This document shows positions 15,992-24,298 of a DNA stretch of 27,168 bases, one piece after another (position 1 is the first letter of the stretch; the number at the start of each line of letters is the position of its first letter). The notes under the pieces are model-generated. The model ran no database searches. It was given only the letters and a program-made list of their open reading frames with translations, and had not been told where the DNA came from. This stretch comes from a virus (taxonomy: Duplodnaviria > Caudoviricetes). The stretch covers positions 1 through 27,168 of the IMG/VR virus record IMGVR_UViG_3300049924_000271. One strand, 5' to 3'. Position numbers and translations under genes: made by a program.

Positions 15992-16345
15992 CTACCAATT
16001 TTTATATGCGGCTATCTTGGCCTCTAGTCTCTCTTGTTTAGTCTTGGCGTCGTGGCACCTCTTGCAAAGGCATTGTAGTCCTTTAGAGGAAACGAATAAC
16101 CTGTCTATATATCCGCCGTCGGTAACGTCTCCGCACGCCTCAATATGATCCACGTATATCTTTGGGACGCGGCCCTCTTTACATTTTTTGTTTTCGCAAA
16201 ACGGAAATCCATCGGCCCCCGTGGCGCGGGCGATAGCAATTCTGCGGGCGCGCGACCATGACCACACCTTGCGGAGCGCGGTTCGGATTTGCGCGATTTC
16301 TTTAGGCCCCAATCCATCAATTTTTTCGAGCTTTTTTTTCTTCAT
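15992..16345 (-). CDS. HNH endonuclease
   Basis: 'C....C', 'VDHI', 'LQCLCKRCHDAKT'. Confidence 0.85.
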   Translation of the reverse strand: MKKKKLEKIDGLGPKEIAQIRTALRKVWSWSRARRIAIARATGADGFPFCENKKCKEGRVPKIYVDHIEACGDVTDGGYIDRLFVSSKGLQCLCKRCHDAKTKQERLEAKIAAYKNW

Positions 16346-16578
16346 AAACCGTCCACCGATTGGACTAAATCTTGGGCCAATTCGAGGCTCATTTTTAACA
16401 CCCTATCGAGGTCGCATTTATCCGCTTCCCAAAATTTAATTTGCGCGGTCTGCGTGACGAAAATTCGCGCCGCTATTTTGGCCACCAAAACACCACGAGT
16501 GTCAGGTGGGGGTGAGGGGGGTCGTTTTCCAATCTTTCTATAAGCCCGGTTATCCCCTATGCTCTCTTCCCTATCCAT
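16342..16578 (-). CDS. Hypothetical protein
   Basis: GGAGG RBS; ATGA overlap with the HNH gene. Confidence 0.7.
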   Translation of the reverse strand: MDREESIGDNRAYRKIGKRPPSPPPDTRGVLVAKIAARIFVTQTAQIKFWEADKCDLDRVLKMSLELAQDLVQSVDGL

Positions 16579-16587
16579 GTACCCTCC

Positions 16588-16690
16588 ATATATAATATAT
16601 AATTAATTAATATAATACCTACCACCACCTTACACCCTTACACCTCGCCGAATGAAAAACGGGGTGTAGGGTTCGCTCCGGGGTGTGGGG
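16588..16690. other. Putative replication origin
   Basis: 30-bp A/T-only tract (16588-16617), tandem CTTACACC x2 (16629-16644), oppositely oriented CGGGGTGT x2 (16660, 16679), directly after the primase-helicase gene. Confidence 0.55.
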
Positions 16691-18958
16691 CTACTCGCCA
16701 CCTTTTGGATATTTCCAGTACCTTAAGCCGTGTATCATCCTTGGTTTTGCGCCCAAACTTTTTAGGGCCTTTGACGCAAATTGGTAGTTCCGATTGTCCC
16801 TTTTCCACGTCCACTCGACACCTACAACCCTCCAAAGATCGGAAATCTTGAATTTATCGCGGTCAAAATCCGACGGGATTTCAGCGCCGTTTTTGGCCTC
16901 AAAAAAGATCTGGATTTGCTCGCGCATAACGTCCGAATCATCCTGAATTTTCTTCTCGTTTTGGATGGCGTTTTCGTGGACCATTGCATCGCCGATTAAC
17001 GTGTTTAAAGTGACCTCGGTTTCGACCCCCAAATGATAGATAAAAAGGGCTTCGGCAAATAGTTGATCCCGCTCTTTGCGAAGTCGATTGAAATTAAGCT
17101 GTCCCACCTTTACGGGCTTGAATCTCCGGTTGCCGGTGTCGTCCGTGAAGTATCTTTCTTTATTGGTGGTTCCAAAAAACACGCAGCGCCTCGCCGACTC
17201 AACCCAGAATTTTCCATAGGGCGGCCTTACCTTATCCTTAGTTCGCGTAAGGAAGGCTTTCACTTGCTCGATTTCTTTTTTGAACGGCGTAAGCTCCCCC
17301 ATCTCAACTAACCAAATCCCTTGCAAGCCAAGTGCTGCGTCCTTATCTTTTAAGTCCGGGAGCCAATCTAAAAACCATTTATCCCCCACGAGTAGGCGCC
17401 CGAATGAGGACTTGCCAATCCCCTGAGCGCCCTCAAAGATAGGCATCCAATCAAACTTTGACCCCGGCTCATAAACTCTGCGGACCATCCCGACCATCCA
17501 CTTGCGAAACACTTGAGCTAAATATTCCTCATCACCCTCGGCGTTGAAATTGTCTCGCAACCAAGTGTTAAGCCTTTCCACTCCGTCCCAAGCGGGCAAG
17601 TTTTCTAGATGTTCTTTCACCGGGTCGAACGCGTTTTCTTTCGCAATGACGGCGAGGGCTTCGCAAATAATCCCGGAAGCGGGCTCCACTCGAAATTTTC
17701 GAGCCATCCAAAGCCGGATGCACGCGGCGTCGTCATTGCCGAGCATGTCGTCGGCCCTCCCGCCCCACGGCGTCGGGTTGACATAAAAATCCCGAAACGC
17801 AAAAACGTCGCGCTTAATAAGCGGCGGCGTCACGGCCCGAGATAATATAAGATGCGCGTTTTTTAACGTGGCCTTGGGCGGGCCGTCCCCTTTTTGACCC
17901 GACTTTTCAAGCAATTGTCTCCAATCCTCCACCTCCACTAATTCTTTAGCCGAAGCCGCCGAGGCCTTCGCGTCTACCGGAACCTCTTCACCGCTTACGA
18001 TTTCAAAATCGTCTCGCGCCGATCCCTCGCGCTTGGCTTTCCTAAGCGTGAAATTCAAAACCCATTCCGCTGCGCGCTTACGGCTTTCCGACTTCGTGTG
18101 GTCGTAGGCCACGGCGCCTAAATAGTTTTTCTTATCTGTTAGCACAGACAAAATCTCACGCTCCGAAAACCCCGCGCGTTCCATCGCAATCGAAACGCCA
18201 AACAAAGCAGCGGATCTATCCTCGACCTCAACGCCGGAAACTATTTGATTCACAATCGAGTCGGAGAGCGAAGAGCCTATTAAGTCAACGGCTACGGGCT
18301 CCCAGTCGGCGAGCTTTGTTTTCTTGACGCGCTCGCGCTCGACTTCGGAAACTTCAAACGCCGCAATATCTTTCCCCCGCGCGTCGTCATACTTGTACGC
18401 CTTCCCGCTATCGGGATGGATAGACGGCGGCACAACTACTTGTTGGCCTTCGCCCATGAGCGAGATTTCCCAAGCCGCCCTAAGCCGAAGTCCCTTTGCA
18501 ATATCGCCTTTAGATAGCTTTGCGAGGTCATTTCGCGACGGCTCGACCGAAGGCATTGACACCGGCACCTGTTCGGACGATTGCGCAAGCCTGCGAGGTT
18601 GGCAGGGCTTGCGAGTCGATACATATAGATGTCTCGAGCCATTGCCTCGCCCCGACAAGACGGTGAGTGTTTGAGGATTGACGCCGAGCCCTCGAAGCTT
18701 CGCTTCCATTTCAGCGAGGTGCTTAGGGTCTGAGGACTTCACGTCGCAATCAATGACCGCTAAAAACCCGCCGTCTATCTTTGATGGGCTCCCAAGCCGA
18801 ACGCCTAGATTATTCCCCGGAGCATAAGCCCGCTCGAGTTCCTCTAGAGTTTTGCGCGGTCCTTGAGACCACTTCTCACCTATGGGGCGTTTTGATTTTT
18901 TATGAAGCCAATGCAGCGCATAGCCCTTAGCATAGAGCCGCTTTAGTGATTTGAGCAT
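16691..18958 (-). CDS. Bifunctional Prim-Pol primase + VirE/VapE-type helicase
   Basis: 'NLGVRLG', 'IDCD', 'G.G.RHLY', 'VVPPSIHP.SG..Y'; 'FDPV', 'WDG..R', 'G.QGIGKS', 'E..EL', 'RPPYG', 'GTTN', 'D.TGNRRF.P'. Confidence 0.93.
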   Translation of the reverse strand: MLKSLKRLYAKGYALHWLHKKSKRPIGEKWSQGPRKTLEELERAYAPGNNLGVRLGSPSKIDGGFLAVIDCDVKSSDPKHLAEMEAKLRGLGVNPQTLTVLSGRGNGSRHLYVSTRKPCQPRRLAQSSEQVPVSMPSVEPSRNDLAKLSKGDIAKGLRLRAAWEISLMGEGQQVVVPPSIHPDSGKAYKYDDARGKDIAAFEVSEVERERVKKTKLADWEPVAVDLIGSSLSDSIVNQIVSGVEVEDRSAALFGVSIAMERAGFSEREILSVLTDKKNYLGAVAYDHTKSESRKRAAEWVLNFTLRKAKREGSARDDFEIVSGEEVPVDAKASAASAKELVEVEDWRQLLEKSGQKGDGPPKATLKNAHLILSRAVTPPLIKRDVFAFRDFYVNPTPWGGRADDMLGNDDAACIRLWMARKFRVEPASGIICEALAVIAKENAFDPVKEHLENLPAWDGVERLNTWLRDNFNAEGDEEYLAQVFRKWMVGMVRRVYEPGSKFDWMPIFEGAQGIGKSSFGRLLVGDKWFLDWLPDLKDKDAALGLQGIWLVEMGELTPFKKEIEQVKAFLTRTKDKVRPPYGKFWVESARRCVFFGTTNKERYFTDDTGNRRFKPVKVGQLNFNRLRKERDQLFAEALFIYHLGVETEVTLNTLIGDAMVHENAIQNEKKIQDDSDVMREQIQIFFEAKNGAEIPSDFDRDKFKISDLWRVVGVEWTWKRDNRNYQFASKALKSLGAKPRMIHGLRYWKYPKGGE

Positions 18959-18970
18959 GAGGGGTGGCCT

Positions 18971-19180
18971 TTATTTTTTAGAGGTTTGCAATTGATATTC
19001 TACGATGTCGCCATAGGCCACGCGGCCCTTGCTTGCCGTGACAATGGTTTTCATATGCTTGAGCGTGGGCAAACTTTCACCCGCGCGCCATTTGGAGAGT
19101 GTTCTAACTTTCACTTTCAGGAGGCCCGCCATTTGCTCGATGGGTTTAGAATAAAGAAAAGTTTTGTAGGGGTTTTTCAT
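18971..19180 (-). CDS. Cro-like helix-turn-helix regulator
   Basis: 'MAGLLKV.VRTLSKWRAG...P......I...S.G.V...D'; GAGGT RBS. Confidence 0.8.
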   Translation of the reverse strand: MKNPYKTFLYSKPIEQMAGLLKVKVRTLSKWRAGESLPTLKHMKTIVTASKGRVAYGDIVEYQLQTSKK

Positions 19181-19211
19181 GCGCTGCACCTCGGTTAGAG
19201 TTTTTTTAGTA

Positions 19212-19249
19212 TTGACTGAACAATGTAGTTCTTAGTCTAGTGATTGCAA
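19212..19249. promoter_or_regulatory. Overlapping divergent promoter candidates
   Basis: Plus: TTGACT-N15-TAGTCT (19212-19238); minus: TTGCAA-N16-TACATT (19249-19222); lies at the strand switch. Confidence 0.5.
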
Positions 19250-19275
19250 GAAAAACAATTTAGAAAGCCGACCCC

Positions 19276-20805
19276 ATGCCGCGCGTAAGTTATAACACCA
19301 AGACTAAGGTCTTTTCTTTTCATGGCCTCCCGAGTGAGAGGGGCCTACCAGAAAAAGCCCAGTTCTTTTTTAATCCCATGACAAGGGCGTGGGAAACGGC
19401 GAAGCTTTCTAGGGCTATCCGGCTCCGCGAATACTTTGACGAGAGCGCAAGAGAACTAATCGAATGCACCTCCGTAAAAGTTGAGCCGTGGCCGGGTAAT
19501 CCCATCGTCCCCCCTCATCAAAAATTAAAAGCATTTCAAATCTTGGCGGTTAAGTTCGCGCTCGAGCGCAATCATTCTTATATTGCGTTCGAGCAAGGCT
19601 TAGGCAAATCCGTTATTGGTTGCACGCTTATCAATACCGTTTCGCTGCCGACGCTTATCATTTGCCCAACCTTTTTAGTTGAGACATGGAAGCGCGAAAT
19701 CAGAGCGTGGGTCAGAGGCGGCAATCTCGATGTGGTCGATACCGGAAAGCCGCTCCCAAAGTTTGGCCGCGACGTTCTCATAATTCCTGACAATTTACTT
19801 GAGCGCGAGAACGTGCAAGAGCTTTTGCGCGACCGAGATTTTGGCCTGCTTATCGTTGACGAGATACATAGATTTAAAAACGCCGAGGCCAAGCGAACGG
19901 CGAACCTATTTAAAAAAATAATCCCACTCGTTCCTAAAGTGGTGGGTTTATCCGGCACGCCTATGCCTAACCGTCCAATAGAACTTTTTCCCGTTCTCTC
20001 GCACCTTGCCCACGACACTATCGACTATATGAAATTGCACGATTACGGATCAAAATTTTGTAACGGCCATGAAACCAAATTCGGTTGGGACTATCGCGGC
20101 TCCTCGAACCTCACGCAGCTACACCGGCAAATCCACGGGCGCTTTATGTTTAGGAAAACTAAGGAAGAGGTCTTGCCCGAGCTTGAGCCGAAAGAAGAGC
20201 GGATCATAGTCTTAGCGCCCCCGGTGCCGGTGGCGATGCTTAAAAAAGCCAAGACGCTTGAGCGCAAATATGGGTCCGTTCCTGAAATCATAAAACGCAA
20301 GAGCTTAGGAGACATTGCCGCTTACCGCCGAGAGCTTGGCCTTTTGAAAGTGCCGCCCGCGCTGGAATATATAAGAGAGGTTTTGGACACGACAAGCGAA
20401 TCCATTCTAGTTTTCGCGTGGCATACCGGCACGCTGGGGGCGCTCTACTCCGGTCTCAATCAAGATTATAGCACGGCGCTCATTGACGGGTCGGTCCCGA
20501 TGCAACGGCGCGATGAGATAGTCGAGAAATTCCAAAAGGGAAAAACGCGCGTCCTCGTCGCGCAGGTCCAAACAATGGTGGGTTTAACTTTAACGCGCGC
20601 GACTCGCGGCGTATTCGTAGAGTTTTCTTGGAGCCCCGCCGACAATGACCAAGCCGCCGACCGTATGCACCGCATCGGGCAAAAAGATTCTGTCACTATA
20701 GATTATTTGGTGTTAGCTAAGACACACGACGAAACAGTCATGGACGTGCTACTAAACAAAAAAGATAATATTAACCAAGTGCTAAAGGGAGATACGACAA
20801 TATGA
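19276..20805 (+). CDS. SNF2-family helicase
   Basis: 'QGLGKS', 'VDEIH', 'LSGTP.PN', 'GLTLTRA', 'QAADRMHRIGQ'. Confidence 0.93.
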   Translation: MPRVSYNTKTKVFSFHGLPSERGLPEKAQFFFNPMTRAWETAKLSRAIRLREYFDESARELIECTSVKVEPWPGNPIVPPHQKLKAFQILAVKFALERNHSYIAFEQGLGKSVIGCTLINTVSLPTLIICPTFLVETWKREIRAWVRGGNLDVVDTGKPLPKFGRDVLIIPDNLLERENVQELLRDRDFGLLIVDEIHRFKNAEAKRTANLFKKIIPLVPKVVGLSGTPMPNRPIELFPVLSHLAHDTIDYMKLHDYGSKFCNGHETKFGWDYRGSSNLTQLHRQIHGRFMFRKTKEEVLPELEPKEERIIVLAPPVPVAMLKKAKTLERKYGSVPEIIKRKSLGDIAAYRRELGLLKVPPALEYIREVLDTTSESILVFAWHTGTLGALYSGLNQDYSTALIDGSVPMQRRDEIVEKFQKGKTRVLVAQVQTMVGLTLTRATRGVFVEFSWSPADNDQAADRMHRIGQKDSVTIDYLVLAKTHDETVMDVLLNKKDNINQVLKGDTTI

Positions 20806-21134
20806 AGATTTCGATTACAGTAGAATGCGACAATGAGAAAGAGGCGCAAGCGATTTTGGCCAAACTCGGAAACGCGCCCGCGACCTTTAAGAAAGCGGCG
20901 CCCGTTGAAGAGGAAGAAGAGACCGAAGAGGAAGAAGAGACCGAAGAGGAAGAGACTGAGGAAGAGGAAACCGACGAGCCCACGCAGGCCGATGTTATCG
21001 CAGCGTTGCAAGCGTATGCGGAAGCAAATTCCCGCCCGAAGGCGATGAAAATTCTAGCAAAGTTTAAAGTGAAGTCGGTAAAGGATTTAAAGAAATCGGA
21101 TTACGCAAAAGTTATTGAAGCACTAGAGATTTAA
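20802..21134 (+). CDS. Conserved phage replication-module protein with poly-Glu linker
   Basis: C-terminal 'ILAKFKV..V.DL...DY..VI' typical of the gene preceding DUF2800; ATGA/ATAT overlap. Confidence 0.75.
   Translation: MKISITVECDNEKEAQAILAKLGNAPATFKKAAPVEEEEETEEEEETEEEETEEEETDEPTQADVIAALQAYAEANSRPKAMKILAKFKVKSVKDLKKSDYAKVIEALEI
20907..20972 (+). repeat. Tandem GAAGAGGAAGAAGAGACC repeats (2 exact 18-mers + 2 degenerate 15-mers)
   Basis: Direct reading; encodes (E4-5 T)4. Confidence 0.9.
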
Positions 21135-21157
21135 GAGGCCCGAAGCCCGACCCCACG

Positions 21158-21196
21158 CCCCGGACGATTTTAGTTGAGAATCGTCCGGGGATTTTT
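21158..21196 (+). terminator. Intrinsic terminator/attenuator-like hairpin
   Basis: CCCCGGACGATT-N9-AATCGTCCGGGG then ATTTTT. Confidence 0.7.
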
Positions 21197-21205
21197 AAAG
21201 GATCT

Positions 21206-21961
21206 ATGGAAGAAAAAGCTCACGCGAAATTAGGCGCCTCAACCTCAGAGATTTGGTTAAACTGCGCAGGCGCCCCGAACCTTTGGGAGAAAGCGCCCCC
21301 GCAAAAGGAATCGGCTTACGCGCATGAGGGCACGGCGGCTCATGACCTACTCGAGAAATGGGCGAGACATATTCGAGATAAATCCGGCGCGTTTATATTC
21401 CCGAAAACCTCCTCGCCGGGAATGCGCGAAGCGGTTCGGGTTTGCATTGACGACTTAAAAACATCTTGGACGCCAAAGGCTAAGAAAGATTTGGTGATAG
21501 AGAAAAAGGTTTCGTTATCCGAGTTTGTAGCGCCCGACATGTTTGGAACCGTAGACCTTGGCGTCGTCCAACATTTCGGAACGCTCGAGGTCACCGACTA
21601 TAAGCACGGCTCCGGCGTAAAGGTGGACATATATAAAGAGAGCGCAAGCGGCTCGCGCTTGCTTAATACGCAATTAGTTTATTACGCGCTGGGCTTGGCC
21701 TACGAATATCATTGGAACTTTCGAGACGTTATTTTAAAGATAGTGCAACCGCGCTTTGATAAAGATGCACCAATTAAATCCGTTAGAGTGACGATGGACG
21801 AGCTTTATCTCTACGTGGATTTATTTAAGCGCGGAGTCGAGAGGACTATGCGGCGGGATGCGAGACGCACGGCGGGTCCATGGTGCAGATTTTGTAAAGC
21901 GAAAACGATATGTAAAGAGGGGCAGGGCGGATATCGCACCGATAGCCGGGGGGATTTTTGA
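21206..21961 (+). CDS. DUF2800 PD-(D/E)XK (Cas4-like) exonuclease
   Basis: 'HAKLGAS...W.NC', 'EGTAAH', 'FGTVD', 'DYKHG.G', 'QL..YALG', 'IVQPR', 'G.WC.FC.AK..C'. Confidence 0.9.
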   Translation: MEEKAHAKLGASTSEIWLNCAGAPNLWEKAPPQKESAYAHEGTAAHDLLEKWARHIRDKSGAFIFPKTSSPGMREAVRVCIDDLKTSWTPKAKKDLVIEKKVSLSEFVAPDMFGTVDLGVVQHFGTLEVTDYKHGSGVKVDIYKESASGSRLLNTQLVYYALGLAYEYHWNFRDVILKIVQPRFDKDAPIKSVRVTMDELYLYVDLFKRGVERTMRRDARRTAGPWCRFCKAKTICKEGQGGYRTDSRGDF

Positions 21962-22079
21962 AAAAGCCCCATAGTAATAAGATGAGAAAAGCGAGAATAG
22001 AAAATAAGTCCGGCACCTGGGTTAAGACGCCCGAGCGCCCGCGAGAAATCAAAACCCCAAAGGGAGAGGTAGAAAAGAA

Positions 22080-22679
22080 ATGGCAACGCAAAAAAGAAAA
22101 AAGTTCGAAGGCATTAAAGTAGTCACGCCCGTTTTTCGGGCGAGTTATTTGACGGTGTTTGAGCCGAAGGCATACGAGGACGGCGAGCCCAAATACTCGG
22201 TCGAAATGCTTTTCGACGAGAAGAAAAGTGACTTAAGCGAAATGCGCGACAAGATTAAAAAAGTTTGCGAGGCCGCTTGGGGGAAAGACAAAGCCAAATG
22301 GCCTAAGAATTTTAGACTTCCCTTTAAGAAGGGCGACGAGAAAGAGGACGCTTCGGAGCACTATGCGGGCGTGATTTTCGCGCGTGCCGATAGCAAAAAC
22401 CAACCGGGCATTTTCGACCAAGAGAAAAACGACATTTTAGATAAGCGCGAAATCTTTTCGGGTTGCTTTTGTAGGGCGTCCTTATATATGGTGCCCTACG
22501 AAAACGTCGGCGGTAAAGGTGACTCGGGCCGCTCTGGAATTAAGCTTTATTTGCAAGGTGTCCAGCTAATCAAAAAGGGTGAGGCATTCGGTAACACCGG
22601 AAGCCGTGACGATTTCGATCAAGTAGAAAACGACGAGAGCGAAGAGGGTGAGAGCAATGACGAAGCTACAGACTGGTAA
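22080..22679 (+). CDS. DUF2815 single-stranded DNA-binding protein (T7 gp2.5-like)
   Basis: 'R.SY..VFEP', 'KYS', 'P...GD', 'SGC..RA', 'G....L..VQ....GE.F', acidic tail. Confidence 0.92.
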   Translation: MATQKRKKFEGIKVVTPVFRASYLTVFEPKAYEDGEPKYSVEMLFDEKKSDLSEMRDKIKKVCEAAWGKDKAKWPKNFRLPFKKGDEKEDASEHYAGVIFARADSKNQPGIFDQEKNDILDKREIFSGCFCRASLYMVPYENVGGKGDSGRSGIKLYLQGVQLIKKGEAFGNTGSRDDFDQVENDESEEGESNDEATDW

Positions 22680-22998
22680 AGTAAAGCGCCATTCACACGG
22701 CGAAGAGTTTAAGAAAATGCGAGAGCGCCAAAACCTCTCGCAAAACGAAACCGCGAAAATCCTAGGTTGGTCCAATGGGCAGTTTGTTTACATGATAGAG
22801 AAAGGCGGGGCTTGCCCCCCGCTTTCGGCCCTGCCCGCCTTGGCGGTGGCGTTTAAGCGCCCGTTAAAGGACCTTACGAATTTAGCTTTTAAAATCAAGG
22901 CCGATACCTATCGGGAGAGCTTGAAGCCCGTTGCGTTGACTTCTAAAGAACGCGCTCGGGTTAATAAGATTCTTGCAAGGCTTAAGAAAACACAGTGA
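22657..22998 (+). CDS. XRE-family HTH regulator
   Basis: 'RERQNLSQ.E.A..LG....FV..IE.G...P'. Confidence 0.85.
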   Translation: MTKLQTGKVKRHSHGEEFKKMRERQNLSQNETAKILGWSNGQFVYMIEKGGACPPLSALPALAVAFKRPLKDLTNLAFKIKADTYRESLKPVALTSKERARVNKILARLKKTQ

Positions 22999-23273
22999 CC
23001 ATTATCGCCGACACCTATCTAGTTTATTCGGAGGGCGAGGTTTTTCAGTCGAAACTCGCCCACGGTTTGGAGTCGGCCTTTGAGACTGCACTCCAATTTG
23101 TTTTTGGAGATATGCCGGATGCGGTCGAGGACCCCGAACTATTTGACCAAGCCGTAGTATTCAAGAATGATTTTGAAAATAAGTCATTTTGGCGCGGGGG
23201 CGAGAGCATATGGGAAACCGATTTTTCGAATGGATTAAGCGTAGTAGTGCGAGTGGAAAGCCTCTTAAACTAG
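22995..23273 (+). CDS. Hypothetical protein
   Basis: GTGA overlap with the upstream stop. Confidence 0.6.
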   Translation: MTIIADTYLVYSEGEVFQSKLAHGLESAFETALQFVFGDMPDAVEDPELFDQAVVFKNDFENKSFWRGGESIWETDFSNGLSVVVRVESLLN

Positions 23274-24298
23274 AGAGCTATAAAGGGGTTGAGGTTCCGC
23301 TCAATCCTAAAATCTTTGGCCCCGGATATCATTCCGAATCAATGCCGGTTAGTTTTATTTTCGGCAACGGCGGGGTTGGCGACTACATTAATTGGTGTTC
23401 CGCCGTCCAGTATGTCGCCGATGAGCACCCCCACGCGGACGTAAGAATTTTTACGAGTGAGCTTTTCTATGATGTAGCTAAACATCTCTTTGGCCATATC
23501 CCGCGCTGGGGGATTTATCTCCGCAAGGACTTCGCGAAGTACTACGAATCGCGCTCGCTTATCGCCTTCCCTAAGCCCGGCACGCAATTGATAAACGCTT
23601 GCGGCGCTCACCTCATGGACTTAGGTTTTTATTACTTTCTTGATTTAGACCCGCCGCCCGAGTCGCATAATTACCTACTGGATTTAAAATACAACGGCCC
23701 TTGGAAATGGCCCGAGCTAGACGAGAAATCTAAGTACGCTATCTTTACGCCGGGCTCGACCACCGAGGTGAGAGAGATGCCGGTCAAAGCGTTTGACGAG
23801 TTAGTCGCTTACACTCTTGAGCAAGGGATAACGCCCGTATTCTTAGGCAAGCGCGAGTTATCGGATAACTACCGGGCCAAGTTTTTAAACTATGATTTCT
23901 CTAGAGGCGTAGACCTGCGTGAGCGCACCACGCTATTAGAGGCCACGCAGATTATGCGGGGCGCCCAGTTCGTAATCGGTCTCGACAATGGGCTCTTGCA
24001 CATGGCAGGGACAACGGACGTGCCGGTTATTTTTGGCCATAACATAGCGTCCCTTAAACATAGAATCTTGAGACGCCGCAAAGGTCTTACGATAAACATG
24101 GTGGTAAGTGAAGAGGAACTAGGTTGCATCGGTTGCCAAAGCAAGATGCGCTTTCTGTATAAACATGACTTTAGATCCTGCTTTTATAAAGGCACTGTGG
24201 GGGAAAAGGCTTGCCTGGATTTATTATTTAAGAATGATAGCCAAGAGTGGAAAAATGCCATAGACCGGGCGATAGATGCAAATCGTAATAGACTATGA
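23210..24298 (+). CDS. Glycosyltransferase family 9-like (heptosyltransferase-like, GT-B) protein
   Basis: 'GGVGD', 'DLRERTTLLE...I...A..VIG.DNG..H.A....VP.I', 'C..C'; start uncertain. Confidence 0.85.
   Translation: MGNRFFEWIKRSSASGKPLKLESYKGVEVPLNPKIFGPGYHSESMPVSFIFGNGGVGDYINWCSAVQYVADEHPHADVRIFTSELFYDVAKHLFGHIPRWGIYLRKDFAKYYESRSLIAFPKPGTQLINACGAHLMDLGFYYFLDLDPPPESHNYLLDLKYNGPWKWPELDEKSKYAIFTPGSTTEVREMPVKAFDELVAYTLEQGITPVFLGKRELSDNYRAKFLNYDFSRGVDLRERTTLLEATQIMRGAQFVIGLDNGLLHMAGTTDVPVIFGHNIASLKHRILRRRKGLTINMVVSEEELGCIGCQSKMRFLYKHDFRSCFYKGTVGEKACLDLLFKNDSQEWKNAIDRAIDANRNRL

Noticed and set aside
16638-16835. 65-aa ORF spanning the primase end and repeat region
   Set aside because: Overlaps the primase gene and the origin-like repeats; no RBS or recognisable motif
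20907-20972. Tandem repeats as a possible CRISPR mini-array near a Cas4-like gene
   Set aside because: No spacers; the repeats are in-frame coding sequence; DUF2800 is a standard phage replication nuclease
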